A DNA stretch of 64,000 nucleotides, taken from assembly GCF_003334405.1 (NCBI RefSeq), contig NZ_QOWM01000004.1. The stretch is one strand, 5' to 3'. The notes below the pieces were generated by a model, which made no database searches, was not told where the DNA came from, and worked only from the letters and a program-made list of their open reading frames with translations. The number at the start of each line of letters is the position of its first letter. Within the stretch, counting starts at the first letter, position 1. The position numbers and the translations under genes were made by a program. Below are positions 12,700-22,552 of the stretch, piece by piece. This DNA comes from Escherichia coli (GTDB lineage Bacteria; Pseudomonadota; Gammaproteobacteria; Enterobacterales; Enterobacteriaceae).

Positions 12700-12749
12700 A
12701 CTAACTCTCTCTTTATTAAGTCGGCGACGAGATACTAACAAAGCATTAT

Positions 12750-12763
12750 AGATGAGAAATTGA
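12750..12763 (-). promoter_or_regulatory. FNR-type binding site upstream of focA-pflB
   Basis: TTGATatagATCAT matches the FNR consensus TTGAT-N4-ATCAA at 9 of 10 positions; lies 51-64 bp upstream of the focA GTG start; focA-pflB is a known FNR-activated operon. Confidence 0.45.
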
Positions 12764-13104
12764 TATAGATCATATCTCGCCTGGCTTATAGGCCCGTAAC
12801 TCGCATGGTTTTTATGCAAATACGGAGTAAATATTTGATTATCCAAATAAAAATAAATTTTAAAAATTAACAAATGAGTTGAATTTTTTCCGCATCCTCC
12901 GCTAAAACAGTTAATTAAAAGGGAGCATCAGGCGAATAAAGTAACAATATCGATCGTATTTATTAAATACAAATTACCGATATTTAACCTTATAATTACA
13001 ATTATTTTATTAATGCAAATATATGTAAAGCGGGGCATTAAAAAAACGCCCCGTAATATAACTCAGACTAATCATTAAGCCTACATTGCGTAGGCTATTT
13101 GATT

Positions 13105-14865
13105 TTATTTTGCCCAGAATGCTGCTTTGGCGCGCTGCAGCTTTTCGTAGGCCTTCAACAACGACTGATGTGCAGCAAACGCGTGCAGATCGCTATCTAC
13201 CGGTTGCAGGCCGTAAAACGCCGCTTCGCCGCTCATTGCCGCACTGGCGGCTTCTACGGCATCTGCGCCGTACATGCGAACAAACGCATTCAGATATTGC
13301 AGCGGCTGGCGATCTTCTTCCTGTGCCAGTAATAACAACGTTTGCAGGCAGCGATAATAGTTGGCGCGTTCCGGACTAAATACTGATGAGTTAAACTCCA
13401 TCGTCCATTCGGTCCAGACCAGAGCCTGTTCCAGATCGCCACCAGCCAGCGCCAGCATGGCTTTTAATTCACCGATACGCAGGGTGTACCAACCGTTATC
13501 CGACCCGGTCGCCAGACCCAACAGCTCACGCACGCGGGTAAAGTCATCAAAACCTTCTTCATCCAGTTGCTCGATGAGGTTCAGGTAATCTTCTTTTTCC
13601 CACTCGCTGCCTGGTAGCGAAAGAATCGTTTCACGTAAATGGCTGCCCATACTGTTATTCGCGAGCCACAGATCTTCAGCCGGATAAATATCGGACATGC
13701 CAGGCACGATAATACGGCAAGCATAAACGCCCAGATGCTCGTAATCGGCAATATAAACTTCTTTATCTTCTTTGTTGAAGATAGCCATCAGTGTGGCGAA
13801 CTCTTCTTCCGTGGTGCCGGAGAAATTCCAGTCCACAAACGGATAATCGGCATCCTGCTTGAACAGGTCCCAGGAGATTAAACCGCTGGAATCGATAAAG
13901 TGCGTTTCGAGGTTGGTATGTTCAGCGACTTCTTCATCATCGAAGGTTGGCGGAGTAAACACATCCAAATCTTTCAGGCCACGACCTTGCAGCAGCTCGG
14001 TCACGGTACGTTCCAGTGCTACGCCAAAATCAGGATGCGCACCGAAAGAGGCAAAGCAGGTACCGTTAGCAGGATTGAACAGTACCACGCAAATCACCGG
14101 ATACTGGCCGCCAAGCGAACCGTCATAAGCGAAGATTGGGAAACCCTCCGCTTCCAGCGTTTCGATGGCTTCAACTACTGCTGGGTAACGCGCCAGCACG
14201 TCTGCCGGGATCTCTGGCAGGCTGATGCTTTCAGCAATAATGCGGTTTTTCACGTAGCGTTCGAAAACTTCAGACAATCCCTGAACGCGTGCTTCGTTGC
14301 GGGTATTACCTGCGGACATACCGTTGGAGACGTACAGGTTACCAATGATATTCATCGGAATATAAACGGTCTGATTGTCGGACTGACGCGTAAACGGCAG
14401 GCCGCAAATACCACGATCTTCGTTACCGGATTGTAGGTCAATCAGCATGCTGCCGGTCAGTTCATTCTCCGGATCATAAAACGCGCGCAGACGGTCATCG
14501 AGCAGCCCTTCTGGCACATCGTCATTTTCGGTCAGTGGGAACCATTTTTCGTTGGGATAATGCACGAACGGACCGTTGGCGATGGTTTCGCCCAGCCAGA
14601 AGTCCGCAAAAAAGTAGTTGGTTGAGAGACGCTCGAAATATTCACCGAGTGCAGAAGCCAGCGCCGCTTTCTTGGTTGCGCCTTTACCGTTGGTAAAACA
14701 CAGTGCGCACTCTTTGTCGCGAATATGTACAGACCAGACGTTAGGCACGGGATTCAGCCAGGAGGCCTCTTCAATCTGAAAGCCGAGGTCTGAAAGTTTT
14801 TGCTGGAAGCGAGCGATGGAATCTTCCAGAGCGGCATCTTTGCCGGGGATAAATGTTTGCGTCAT
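13105..14865 (-). CDS. ycaO: YcaO-domain protein (ribosomal protein S12 methylthiolation accessory factor)
   Basis: ATG at 14863..14865 gives 586 aa MTQTFIPGKDAALEDSIARFQQKLSDLGFQIEEASWLNPVPNVWSVHIRD...; matches E. coli YcaO. Confidence 0.92.
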   Translation of the reverse strand: MTQTFIPGKDAALEDSIARFQQKLSDLGFQIEEASWLNPVPNVWSVHIRDKECALCFTNGKGATKKAALASALGEYFERLSTNYFFADFWLGETIANGPFVHYPNEKWFPLTENDDVPEGLLDDRLRAFYDPENELTGSMLIDLQSGNEDRGICGLPFTRQSDNQTVYIPMNIIGNLYVSNGMSAGNTRNEARVQGLSEVFERYVKNRIIAESISLPEIPADVLARYPAVVEAIETLEAEGFPIFAYDGSLGGQYPVICVVLFNPANGTCFASFGAHPDFGVALERTVTELLQGRGLKDLDVFTPPTFDDEEVAEHTNLETHFIDSSGLISWDLFKQDADYPFVDWNFSGTTEEEFATLMAIFNKEDKEVYIADYEHLGVYACRIIVPGMSDIYPAEDLWLANNSMGSHLRETILSLPGSEWEKEDYLNLIEQLDEEGFDDFTRVRELLGLATGSDNGWYTLRIGELKAMLALAGGDLEQALVWTEWTMEFNSSVFSPERANYYRCLQTLLLLAQEEDRQPLQYLNAFVRMYGADAVEAASAAMSGEAAFYGLQPVDSDLHAFAAHQSLLKAYEKLQRAKAAFWAK

Positions 14866-14994
14866 GAAAATCACTTTAGTCGTACGGAAAGCGCGCAATA
14901 ATACGGGTTTTATCTCAAAGGCGCTATCACCGCCGCCATGCCGATGAACTGTTGACTATGCTTTTAGCGGATAAACCACGTTAAGAGCATAAAA

Positions 14995-15687
14995 ATGAAG
15001 GCGTTCGATCTCCACCGTATGGCATTTGATAAAGTGCCTTTTGATTTCCTTGGCGAAGTTGCACTACGTAGTCTTTATACCTTTGTACTGGTCTTTTTGT
15101 TCCTCAAAATGACCGGAAGACGCGGTGTGCGGCAGATGTCGCTGTTTGAAGTTTTAATCATTCTGACGCTGGGATCAGCGGCGGGAGATGTGGCGTTTTA
15201 TGATGATGTGCCGATGGTCCCGGTACTTATCGTCTTTATTACTCTGGCGTTGTTATACCGCCTGGTAATGTGGTTGATGGCGCACAGTGAAAAACTGGAA
15301 GATCTTCTGGAAGGCAAGCCAGTTGTCATTATTGAAGATGGCGAGCTGGCCTGGTCGAAACTCAATAACTCCAACATGACGGAATTTGAGTTCTTTATGG
15401 AGCTACGATTGCGTGGCGTGGAGCAGCTGGGGCAGGTACGTCTGGCGATTCTCGAAACCAACGGGCAAATCAGTGTCTATTTCTTTGAAGATGACAAGGT
15501 GAAACCGGGTTTACTTATTTTACCCAGTGATTGTACGCAGCGTTACAAAGTGGTGCCGGAGTCGGCGGACTATGCCTGTATTCGTTGTAGTGAAATCATT
15601 CATATGAAAGCGGGGGAAAAACAATTATGTCCGCGCTGTGCAAATCCAGAATGGACGAAGGCAAGTCGGGCAAAACGGGTGACCTGA
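14995..15687 (+). CDS. ycaP: DUF421-family membrane protein YcaP
   Basis: ORF 230 aa, MKAFDLHRMAFDKVPFDFLGEVALRSLYTFVLVFLFLKMTGRRGVRQMSLFEV... Confidence 0.88.
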   Translation: MKAFDLHRMAFDKVPFDFLGEVALRSLYTFVLVFLFLKMTGRRGVRQMSLFEVLIILTLGSAAGDVAFYDDVPMVPVLIVFITLALLYRLVMWLMAHSEKLEDLLEGKPVVIIEDGELAWSKLNNSNMTEFEFFMELRLRGVEQLGQVRLAILETNGQISVYFFEDDKVKPGLLILPSDCTQRYKVVPESADYACIRCSEIIHMKAGEKQLCPRCANPEWTKASRAKRVT

Positions 15688-15733
15688 CAGTAAAAACATC
15701 GGCTTTTTGCTAATAATCCGAGAGATTCTTTTG

Positions 15734-15749
15734 TGTGATGCAAGCCACA
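15734..15749. promoter_or_regulatory. CRP-like site upstream of serC
   Basis: TGTGAtgcaagCCACA versus consensus TGTGA-N6-TCACA (9 of 10 half-site positions); about 140 bp upstream of the serC ATG. Confidence 0.3.
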
Positions 15750-15885
15750 TTTTTGCCCTCAACGGTTTTACTCATTGCGATGTGTGTCACTGAATGATAA
15801 AACCGATAGCCACAGGAATAATGTATTACCTGTGGTCGCAATCGATTGACCGCGGGTTAATAGCAACGCAACGTGGTGAGGGGAA

Positions 15886-16974
15886 ATGGCTCAAATCTTC
15901 AATTTTAGTTCTGGTCCGGCAATGCTACCGGCAGAGGTGCTTAAACAGGCTCAACAGGAACTGCGCGACTGGAACGGTCTTGGTACGTCGGTGATGGAAG
16001 TGAGTCACCGTGGCAAAGAGTTCATTCAGGTTGCAGAGGAAGCCGAGAAGGATTTTCGCGATCTTCTTAATGTCCCCTCCAACTACAAGGTATTATTCTG
16101 CCATGGCGGTGGTCGCGGTCAGTTTGCTGCGGTACCGCTGAATATTCTCGGTGATAAAACCACCGCAGATTATGTTGATGCCGGTTACTGGGCGGCAAGT
16201 GCCATTAAAGAAGCGAAAAAATACTGCACGCCTAATGTCTTTGACGCCAAAGTGACTGTTGATGGTCTGCGCGCGGTTAAGCCAATGCGTGAATGGCAAC
16301 TCTCTGATAATGCTGCTTATATGCATTATTGCCCGAATGAAACCATCGATGGTATCGCCATCGACGAAACGCCAGACTTCGGCGCAGATGTGGTGGTCGC
16401 CGCTGACTTCTCTTCAACCATTCTTTCCCGTCCGATTGACGTCAGCCGTTATGGTGTAATTTACGCTGGCGCGCAGAAAAATATCGGCCCGGCTGGCCTG
16501 ACAATCGTCATCGTTCGTGAAGATTTGCTGGGCAAAGCGAATATCGCGTGTCCGTCGATTCTGGATTATTCCATCCTCAACGATAACGGCTCCATGTTTA
16601 ACACGCCGCCGACATTTGCCTGGTATCTATCTGGTCTGGTCTTTAAATGGCTGAAAGCGAACGGCGGTGTAGCTGAAATGGATAAAATCAATCAGCAAAA
16701 AGCAGAACTGCTATATGGGGTGATTGATAACAGCGATTTCTACCGCAATGACGTGGCGAAAGCTAACCGTTCGCGGATGAACGTGCCGTTCCAGTTGGCG
16801 GACAGTGCGCTTGACAAATTGTTCCTTGAAGAGTCTTTTGCTGCTGGCCTTCATGCACTGAAAGGTCACCGTGTGGTCGGCGGAATGCGCGCTTCTATTT
16901 ATAACGCCATGCCGCTGGAAGGCGTTAAAGCGCTGACAGACTTCATGGTTGAGTTCGAACGCCGTCACGGTTAA
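15886..16974 (+). CDS. serC: phosphoserine aminotransferase
   Basis: ORF 362 aa, [46 protein letters not shown]... Confidence 0.97.
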   Translation: MAQIFNFSSGPAMLPAEVLKQAQQELRDWNGLGTSVMEVSHRGKEFIQVAEEAEKDFRDLLNVPSNYKVLFCHGGGRGQFAAVPLNILGDKTTADYVDAGYWAASAIKEAKKYCTPNVFDAKVTVDGLRAVKPMREWQLSDNAAYMHYCPNETIDGIAIDETPDFGADVVVAADFSSTILSRPIDVSRYGVIYAGAQKNIGPAGLTIVIVREDLLGKANIACPSILDYSILNDNGSMFNTPPTFAWYLSGLVFKWLKANGGVAEMDKINQQKAELLYGVIDNSDFYRNDVAKANRSRMNVPFQLADSALDKLFLEESFAAGLHALKGHRVVGGMRASIYNAMPLEGVKALTDFMVEFERRHG

Positions 16975-16993
16975 TGCCGAAATTTTGCTTAAT

Positions 16994-17023
16994 CCCCACA
17001 GCCAGCCTGTGGGGTTTTTATTT
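16994..17023 (+). terminator. intergenic hairpin with U-tract between serC and aroA (partial terminator or attenuator)
   Basis: 8-bp stem ccccacag / ctgtgggg with loop ccagc, followed by tttttattt. Confidence 0.55.
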
Positions 17024-17044
17024 CTGTTGTAGAGAGTTGAGTTC

Positions 17045-18328
17045 ATGGAATCCCTGACGTTACAACCCATCGCTCGTGTCGATGGCACTATTAATCTGCC
17101 CGGTTCCAAGAGCGTTTCTAACCGCGCTTTATTGCTGGCGGCATTAGCACACGGCAAAACAGTATTAACCAATCTGCTGGATAGCGATGACGTGCGCCAT
17201 ATGCTGAATGCATTAACAGCGTTAGGGGTAAGCTATACGCTTTCAGCCGATCGTACGCGTTGCGAAATTATCGGTAACGGCGGTCCATTACACGCAGAAG
17301 GTGCCCTGGAGTTGTTCCTCGGTAACGCCGGAACGGCAATGCGTCCGCTGGCGGCAGCTCTTTGTCTGGGTAGCAATGATATTGTGCTGACCGGTGAGCC
17401 GCGTATGAAAGAACGCCCGATTGGTCATCTGGTGGATGCGCTGCGCCTGGGCGGGGCGAAGATCACTTACCTGGAACAAGAAAATTATCCGCCGTTGCGT
17501 TTACAGGGCGGCTTTACTGGCGGCAACGTTGACGTTGATGGCTCCGTTTCCAGCCAATTCCTCACCGCACTGTTAATGACTGCGCCTCTTGCGCCGGAAG
17601 ATACGGTGATTCGTATTAAAGGCGATCTGGTTTCTAAACCTTATATCGACATCACACTCAATCTGATGAAGACGTTTGGTGTTGAAATTGAAAATCAGCA
17701 CTATCAACAATTTGTCGTAAAAGGCGGGCAGTCTTATCAGTCTCCGGGTACTTATTTGGTCGAAGGCGATGCATCTTCGGCTTCTTACTTTCTGGCAGCA
17801 GCAGCAATCAAAGGCGGCACTGTAAAAGTGACCGGTATTGGACGTAACAGTATGCAGGGTGATATTCGCTTTGCTGATGTGCTGGAAAAAATGGGCGCGA
17901 CCATTTGCTGGGGCGATGATTATATTTCCTGCACGCGTGGTGAACTGAACGCTATTGATATGGATATGAACCATATTCCTGATGCGGCGATGACCATTGC
18001 CACGGCGGCGTTATTTGCAAAAGGCACCACCACGCTGCGCAATATCTATAACTGGCGTGTTAAAGAGACCGATCGCCTGTTTGCGATGGCAACAGAACTG
18101 CGTAAAGTCGGCGCGGAAGTGGAAGAGGGGCACGATTACATTCGTATCACTCCTCCGGAAAAACTGAACTTTGCCGAGATCGCGACATACAATGATCACC
18201 GGATGGCGATGTGTTTCTCGCTGGTGGCGTTGTCAGATACACCAGTGACGATTCTTGATCCCAAATGCACGGCCAAAACATTTCCGGATTATTTCGAGCA
18301 GCTGGCGCGGATTAGCCAGGCAGCCTGA
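17045..18328 (+). CDS. aroA: 3-phosphoshikimate 1-carboxyvinyltransferase (EPSP synthase)
   Basis: ORF 427 aa, [57 protein letters not shown]... Confidence 0.97.
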   Translation: MESLTLQPIARVDGTINLPGSKSVSNRALLLAALAHGKTVLTNLLDSDDVRHMLNALTALGVSYTLSADRTRCEIIGNGGPLHAEGALELFLGNAGTAMRPLAAALCLGSNDIVLTGEPRMKERPIGHLVDALRLGGAKITYLEQENYPPLRLQGGFTGGNVDVDGSVSSQFLTALLMTAPLAPEDTVIRIKGDLVSKPYIDITLNLMKTFGVEIENQHYQQFVVKGGQSYQSPGTYLVEGDASSASYFLAAAAIKGGTVKVTGIGRNSMQGDIRFADVLEKMGATICWGDDYISCTRGELNAIDMDMNHIPDAAMTIATAALFAKGTTTLRNIYNWRVKETDRLFAMATELRKVGAEVEEGHDYIRITPPEKLNFAEIATYNDHRMAMCFSLVALSDTPVTILDPKCTAKTFPDYFEQLARISQAA

Positions 18329-18371
18329 ATAAACAACGGGCAATAAATAGCCAAATCTTTCTTTATCAAAA

Positions 18372-18398
18372 CGTCGGCACATTGTCGGCGTTTTTTTT
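18372..18398 (+). terminator. putative terminator of aroA
   Basis: cgtcggc acattg tcggcg can pair only with two G-U wobbles in RNA; followed by T8 (18391..18398). Confidence 0.45.
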
Positions 18399-18496
18399 CG
18401 GACCTTGTGAGTCATTTTGATTAATGGTAGCGTCGCTTGTCAATGTAAGTTGTTGATACATAATATTTATATATGATTAATCAACGGATGATTCAC

Positions 18497-19261
18497 ATGA
18501 AGAATACTAAATTACTGCTGGCGATTGCGACCTCTGCAGCATTACTGACAGGGTGTCAAAATACCCACGGTATTGATACCAATATGGCTATCAGCTCCGG
18601 TTTAAATGCCTATAAAGCAGCAACATTAAGCGATGCCGATGCAAAAGCGATTGCCAATCAGGGCTGTGCCGAAATGGACAGCGGCAATCAAGTCGCAAGT
18701 AAATCCAGCAAGTACGGTAAACGTCTGGCAAAAATCGCCAAAGCATTGGGTAACAATATTAATGGCACGCCGGTCAACTATAAGGTTTATATGACCAGCG
18801 ACGTCAACGCATGGGCGATGGCGAACGGCTGTGTTCGTGTCTACAGTGGCCTGATGGACATGATGAATGACAACGAAATTGAAGGCGTTCTGGGCCATGA
18901 ACTGGGCCACGTCGCGTTGGGTCACTCGCTGGCTGAAATGAAAGCTTCTTATGCGATCGTTGCCGCACGCGATGCCATTTCAGCTACCAGCGGTGTGGCT
19001 TCCCAGCTTTCCCGCTCACAATTAGGTGATATCGCAGAAGGCGCTATCAATGCTAAATACTCCCGTGATAAAGAGTCCGAAGCAGATGATTTCTCCTTTG
19101 ATCTGTTGAAGAAACGTGGCATCAGCACCCAGGGGCTGGTTGGCAGCTTTGAAAAACTGGCTAGCCTGGATGGCGGTCGCACCCAGTCCATGTTTGACTC
19201 TCACCCACCATCAACAGAGCGTGCGCAACACATCCGTGATCGTATCGCCTCTGGTAAGTAA
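18497..19261 (+). CDS. ycaL: M48-family metallopeptidase lipoprotein YcaL
   Basis: ATG at 18497 gives 254 aa MKNTKLLLAIATSAALLTGCQN (lipobox LTGC) with zinc motif HELGHVALGH; track ORF adds 8 codons upstream. Confidence 0.9.
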   Translation: MKNTKLLLAIATSAALLTGCQNTHGIDTNMAISSGLNAYKAATLSDADAKAIANQGCAEMDSGNQVASKSSKYGKRLAKIAKALGNNINGTPVNYKVYMTSDVNAWAMANGCVRVYSGLMDMMNDNEIEGVLGHELGHVALGHSLAEMKASYAIVAARDAISATSGVASQLSRSQLGDIAEGAINAKYSRDKESEADDFSFDLLKKRGISTQGLVGSFEKLASLDGGRTQSMFDSHPPSTERAQHIRDRIASGK

Positions 19262-19433
19262 ATCATTGTCATCTTTCGGGCTGGTCTTCTGCCAGCCCGC
19301 TATAATTGCGCAATAAATCCCCATCTGAATACAGACAAAACTGGTTTTTGCACACAACGTTAACGATTTGTGGCGTCGGCGCGTATAATGCGCGCGGTTA
19401 TGTTAACGGTACGCCTGTTTTAAGGAGATAAAG

Positions 19434-20117
19434 ATGACGGCAATTGCCCCGGTTATTACCATTGATGGCCCAAGCGGTGCAGGGAAAGGCACCTTGTGTA
19501 AGGCTATGGCGGAAGCGTTGCAATGGCATCTGCTGGACTCGGGTGCAATTTATCGCGTACTGGCATTGGCGGCATTACATCACCATGTTGATGTTGCGTC
19601 GGAAGATGCGCTGGTACCGCTGGCATCCCATCTGGATGTACGTTTTGTGTCGACCAATGGCAATCTGGAAGTGATCCTCGAAGGGGAAGATGTCAGCGGC
19701 GAAATTCGTACTCAGGAAGTGGCGAATGCAGCTTCACAAGTCGCGGCATTCCCACGCGTTCGTGAAGCATTATTGCGTCGCCAACGCGCGTTTCGCGAAT
19801 TACCAGGTCTGATTGCCGATGGCCGCGACATGGGAACGGTGGTATTCCCTGATGCACCAGTGAAAATTTTCCTTGACGCCTCCTCGGAAGAACGTGCGCA
19901 TCGCCGCATGCTACAGTTGCAGGAGAAGGGCTTTAGTGTTAACTTTGAGCGCCTTTTGGCCGAGATCAAAGAACGCGACGACCGCGATCGTAACCGAGCG
20001 GTAGCGCCACTGGTTCCGGCAGCCGATGCTTTAGTGTTGGATTCCACCACCTTAAGCATTGAGCAAGTGATTGAAAAAGCGCTACAATACGCGCGCCAGA
20101 AATTGGCTCTCGCATAA
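19434..20117 (+). CDS. cmk: cytidylate kinase
   Basis: ORF 227 aa, [48 protein letters not shown] (P-loop). Confidence 0.97.
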
Positions 20118-20227
20118 GCGACCGAATTTGCAGTACCCCCGTTGCAATGGAATGACAGCGGGTATGTTAAACAACCCCATCCGGCATGGAGCCAGGTGGA
20201 CGTTAAATATAAACCTGAAGATTAAAC

Positions 20228-21901
20228 ATGACTGAATCTTTTGCTCAACTCTTTGAAGAGTCCTTAAAAGAAATCGAAACCCGCCCGGGTTCTATCGTTC
20301 GTGGCGTTGTTGTTGCTATCGACAAAGACGTAGTACTGGTTGACGCTGGTCTGAAATCTGAGTCCGCCATCCCGGCTGAGCAGTTCAAAAACGCCCAGGG
20401 CGAGCTGGAAATCCAGGTAGGTGACGAAGTTGACGTTGCTCTGGACGCAGTAGAAGACGGCTTCGGTGAAACTCTGCTGTCCCGTGAGAAAGCTAAACGT
20501 CACGAAGCCTGGATCACGCTGGAAAAAGCTTACGAAGATGCTGAAACTGTTACCGGTGTTATCAACGGCAAAGTTAAGGGCGGCTTCACTGTTGAGCTGA
20601 ACGGTATTCGTGCGTTCCTGCCAGGTTCTCTGGTAGACGTTCGTCCGGTGCGTGACACTCTGCACCTGGAAGGCAAAGAGCTTGAATTTAAAGTAATCAA
20701 GCTGGATCAGAAGCGCAACAACGTTGTTGTTTCTCGTCGTGCCGTTATCGAATCCGAAAACAGCGCAGAGCGCGATCAGCTGCTGGAAAACCTGCAGGAA
20801 GGCATGGAAGTTAAAGGTATCGTTAAGAACCTCACTGACTACGGTGCATTCGTTGATCTGGGCGGCGTTGACGGCCTGCTGCACATCACTGACATGGCCT
20901 GGAAACGCGTTAAGCATCCGAGCGAAATCGTCAACGTGGGCGACGAAATCACTGTTAAAGTGCTGAAGTTCGACCGCGAACGTACCCGTGTATCCCTGGG
21001 CCTGAAACAGCTGGGCGAAGATCCGTGGGTAGCTATCGCTAAACGTTATCCGGAAGGTACCAAACTGACTGGTCGCGTGACCAACCTGACCGACTACGGC
21101 TGCTTCGTTGAAATCGAAGAAGGCGTTGAAGGCCTGGTACACGTTTCCGAAATGGATTGGACCAACAAAAACATCCACCCGTCCAAAGTTGTTAACGTTG
21201 GCGATGTAGTGGAAGTTATGGTTCTGGATATCGACGAAGAACGTCGTCGTATCTCCCTGGGTCTGAAACAGTGCAAAGCTAACCCGTGGCAGCAGTTCGC
21301 GGAAACCCACAACAAGGGCGACCGTGTTGAAGGTAAAATCAAGTCTATCACTGACTTCGGTATCTTCATCGGCCTGGACGGCGGCATCGACGGCCTGGTT
21401 CACCTGTCTGACATCTCCTGGAACGTTGCAGGCGAAGAAGCAGTTCGTGAATACAAAAAAGGCGACGAAATCGCTGCAGTTGTTCTGCAGGTTGACGCAG
21501 AACGTGAACGTATCTCCCTGGGCGTTAAACAGCTCGCAGAAGATCCGTTCAACAACTGGGTTGCTCTGAACAAGAAAGGCGCTATCGTAACCGGTAAAGT
21601 AACTGCAGTTGACGCTAAAGGCGCAACCGTAGAACTGGCTGACGGCGTTGAAGGTTACCTGCGTGCTTCTGAAGCATCCCGTGACCGCGTTGAAGACGCT
21701 ACCCTGGTTCTGAGCGTTGGCGACGAAGTTGAAGCTAAATTCACCGGCGTTGATCGTAAAAACCGCGCAATCAGCCTGTCTGTTCGTGCGAAAGACGAAG
21801 CTGACGAGAAAGATGCAATCGCAACTGTTAACAAACAGGAAGATGCAAACTTCTCCAACAACGCAATGGCTGAAGCTTTCAAAGCAGCTAAAGGCGAGTA
21901 A
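20228..21901 (+). CDS. rpsA: 30S ribosomal protein S1
   Basis: ORF 557 aa, [49 protein letters not shown]...; repeated S1 domains. Confidence 0.98.
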
Positions 21902-21911
21902 TTCTCTGACT

Positions 21912-21945
21912 CTTCGGGATTTTTATTCCGAAGTTTGTTGAGTTT
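21912..21945 (+). terminator. weak hairpin with U-rich tail after rpsA
   Basis: 6-bp stem cttcgg / ccgaag with 10-nt loop, then tttgttgagttt. Confidence 0.4.
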
Positions 21946-21947
21946 AC

Positions 21948-21976
21948 TTGACAGATTGCAGGTTTCGTCCTGTAAT
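21948..21976 (+). promoter_or_regulatory. candidate sigma70 promoter of ihfB
   Basis: -35 TTGACA (21948..21953), 17-bp spacer, -10 TGTAAT (21971..21976); about 85 bp upstream of the ihfB ATG. Confidence 0.5.
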
Positions 21977-22060
21977 CAAGCACTAAGGGCGGCTACGGCC
22001 GCCCTTAATCAATGCAGCAACAGCAGCCGCTTAATTTGCCTTTAAGGAACCGGAGGAATC

Positions 22061-22345
22061 ATGACCAAGTCAGAATTGATAGAAAGACTTGCCACCCAGC
22101 AATCGCACATTCCCGCCAAGACGGTTGAAGATGCAGTAAAAGAGATGCTGGAGCATATGGCCTCGACTCTTGCGCAGGGCGAGCGTATTGAAATCCGCGG
22201 TTTCGGCAGTTTCTCTTTGCACTACCGCGCACCACGTACCGGACGTAATCCGAAGACTGGCGATAAAGTAGAACTGGAAGGAAAATACGTTCCTCACTTT
22301 AAACCTGGTAAAGAACTGCGCGATCGCGCCAATATTTACGGTTAA
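22061..22345 (+). CDS. ihfB: integration host factor beta subunit
   Basis: ORF 94 aa, [94 protein letters not shown]. Confidence 0.98.
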
Positions 22346-22371
22346 GTTTTTTACTCAAACTTGAACGAGAG

Positions 22372-22397
22372 AAAAGCACCTGTCGGGTGCTTTTTTC
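22372..22397 (+). terminator. Rho-independent terminator of ihfB
   Basis: 9-bp stem aaaagcacc / ggtgctttt with loop tgtcg, T-tract continuing to 22396. Confidence 0.7.
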
Positions 22398-22552
22398 ATT
22401 TCTCTAATCTGGAACTGGAAGCTGCCTCGCAGAGTTTTGAACAGTTTTCACCCTTTCGTTAAATTCTTCTGAATATGCCTCGGGGAACGCAAAATTCCCA
22501 CCAGACAACCGCTCAACAAAGTTGCACACTTTCCATAAACAGGGAGGGGTGC

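Noticed and set aside
13078-13112. Hairpin agcctac-attgc-gtaggct with a T-rich tail, as a ycaO terminator
   Set aside because: The T-rich tail is on the plus strand whereas ycaO is on the minus strand; on the ycaO transcript the hairpin is not followed by a U-tract, so polarity does not fit a ycaO intrinsic terminator. Left uncalled.
20264-21403. 379-aa ORF on the minus strand
   Set aside because: Antisense to rpsA (ribosomal protein S1); same codon-bias artefact as for pflB.
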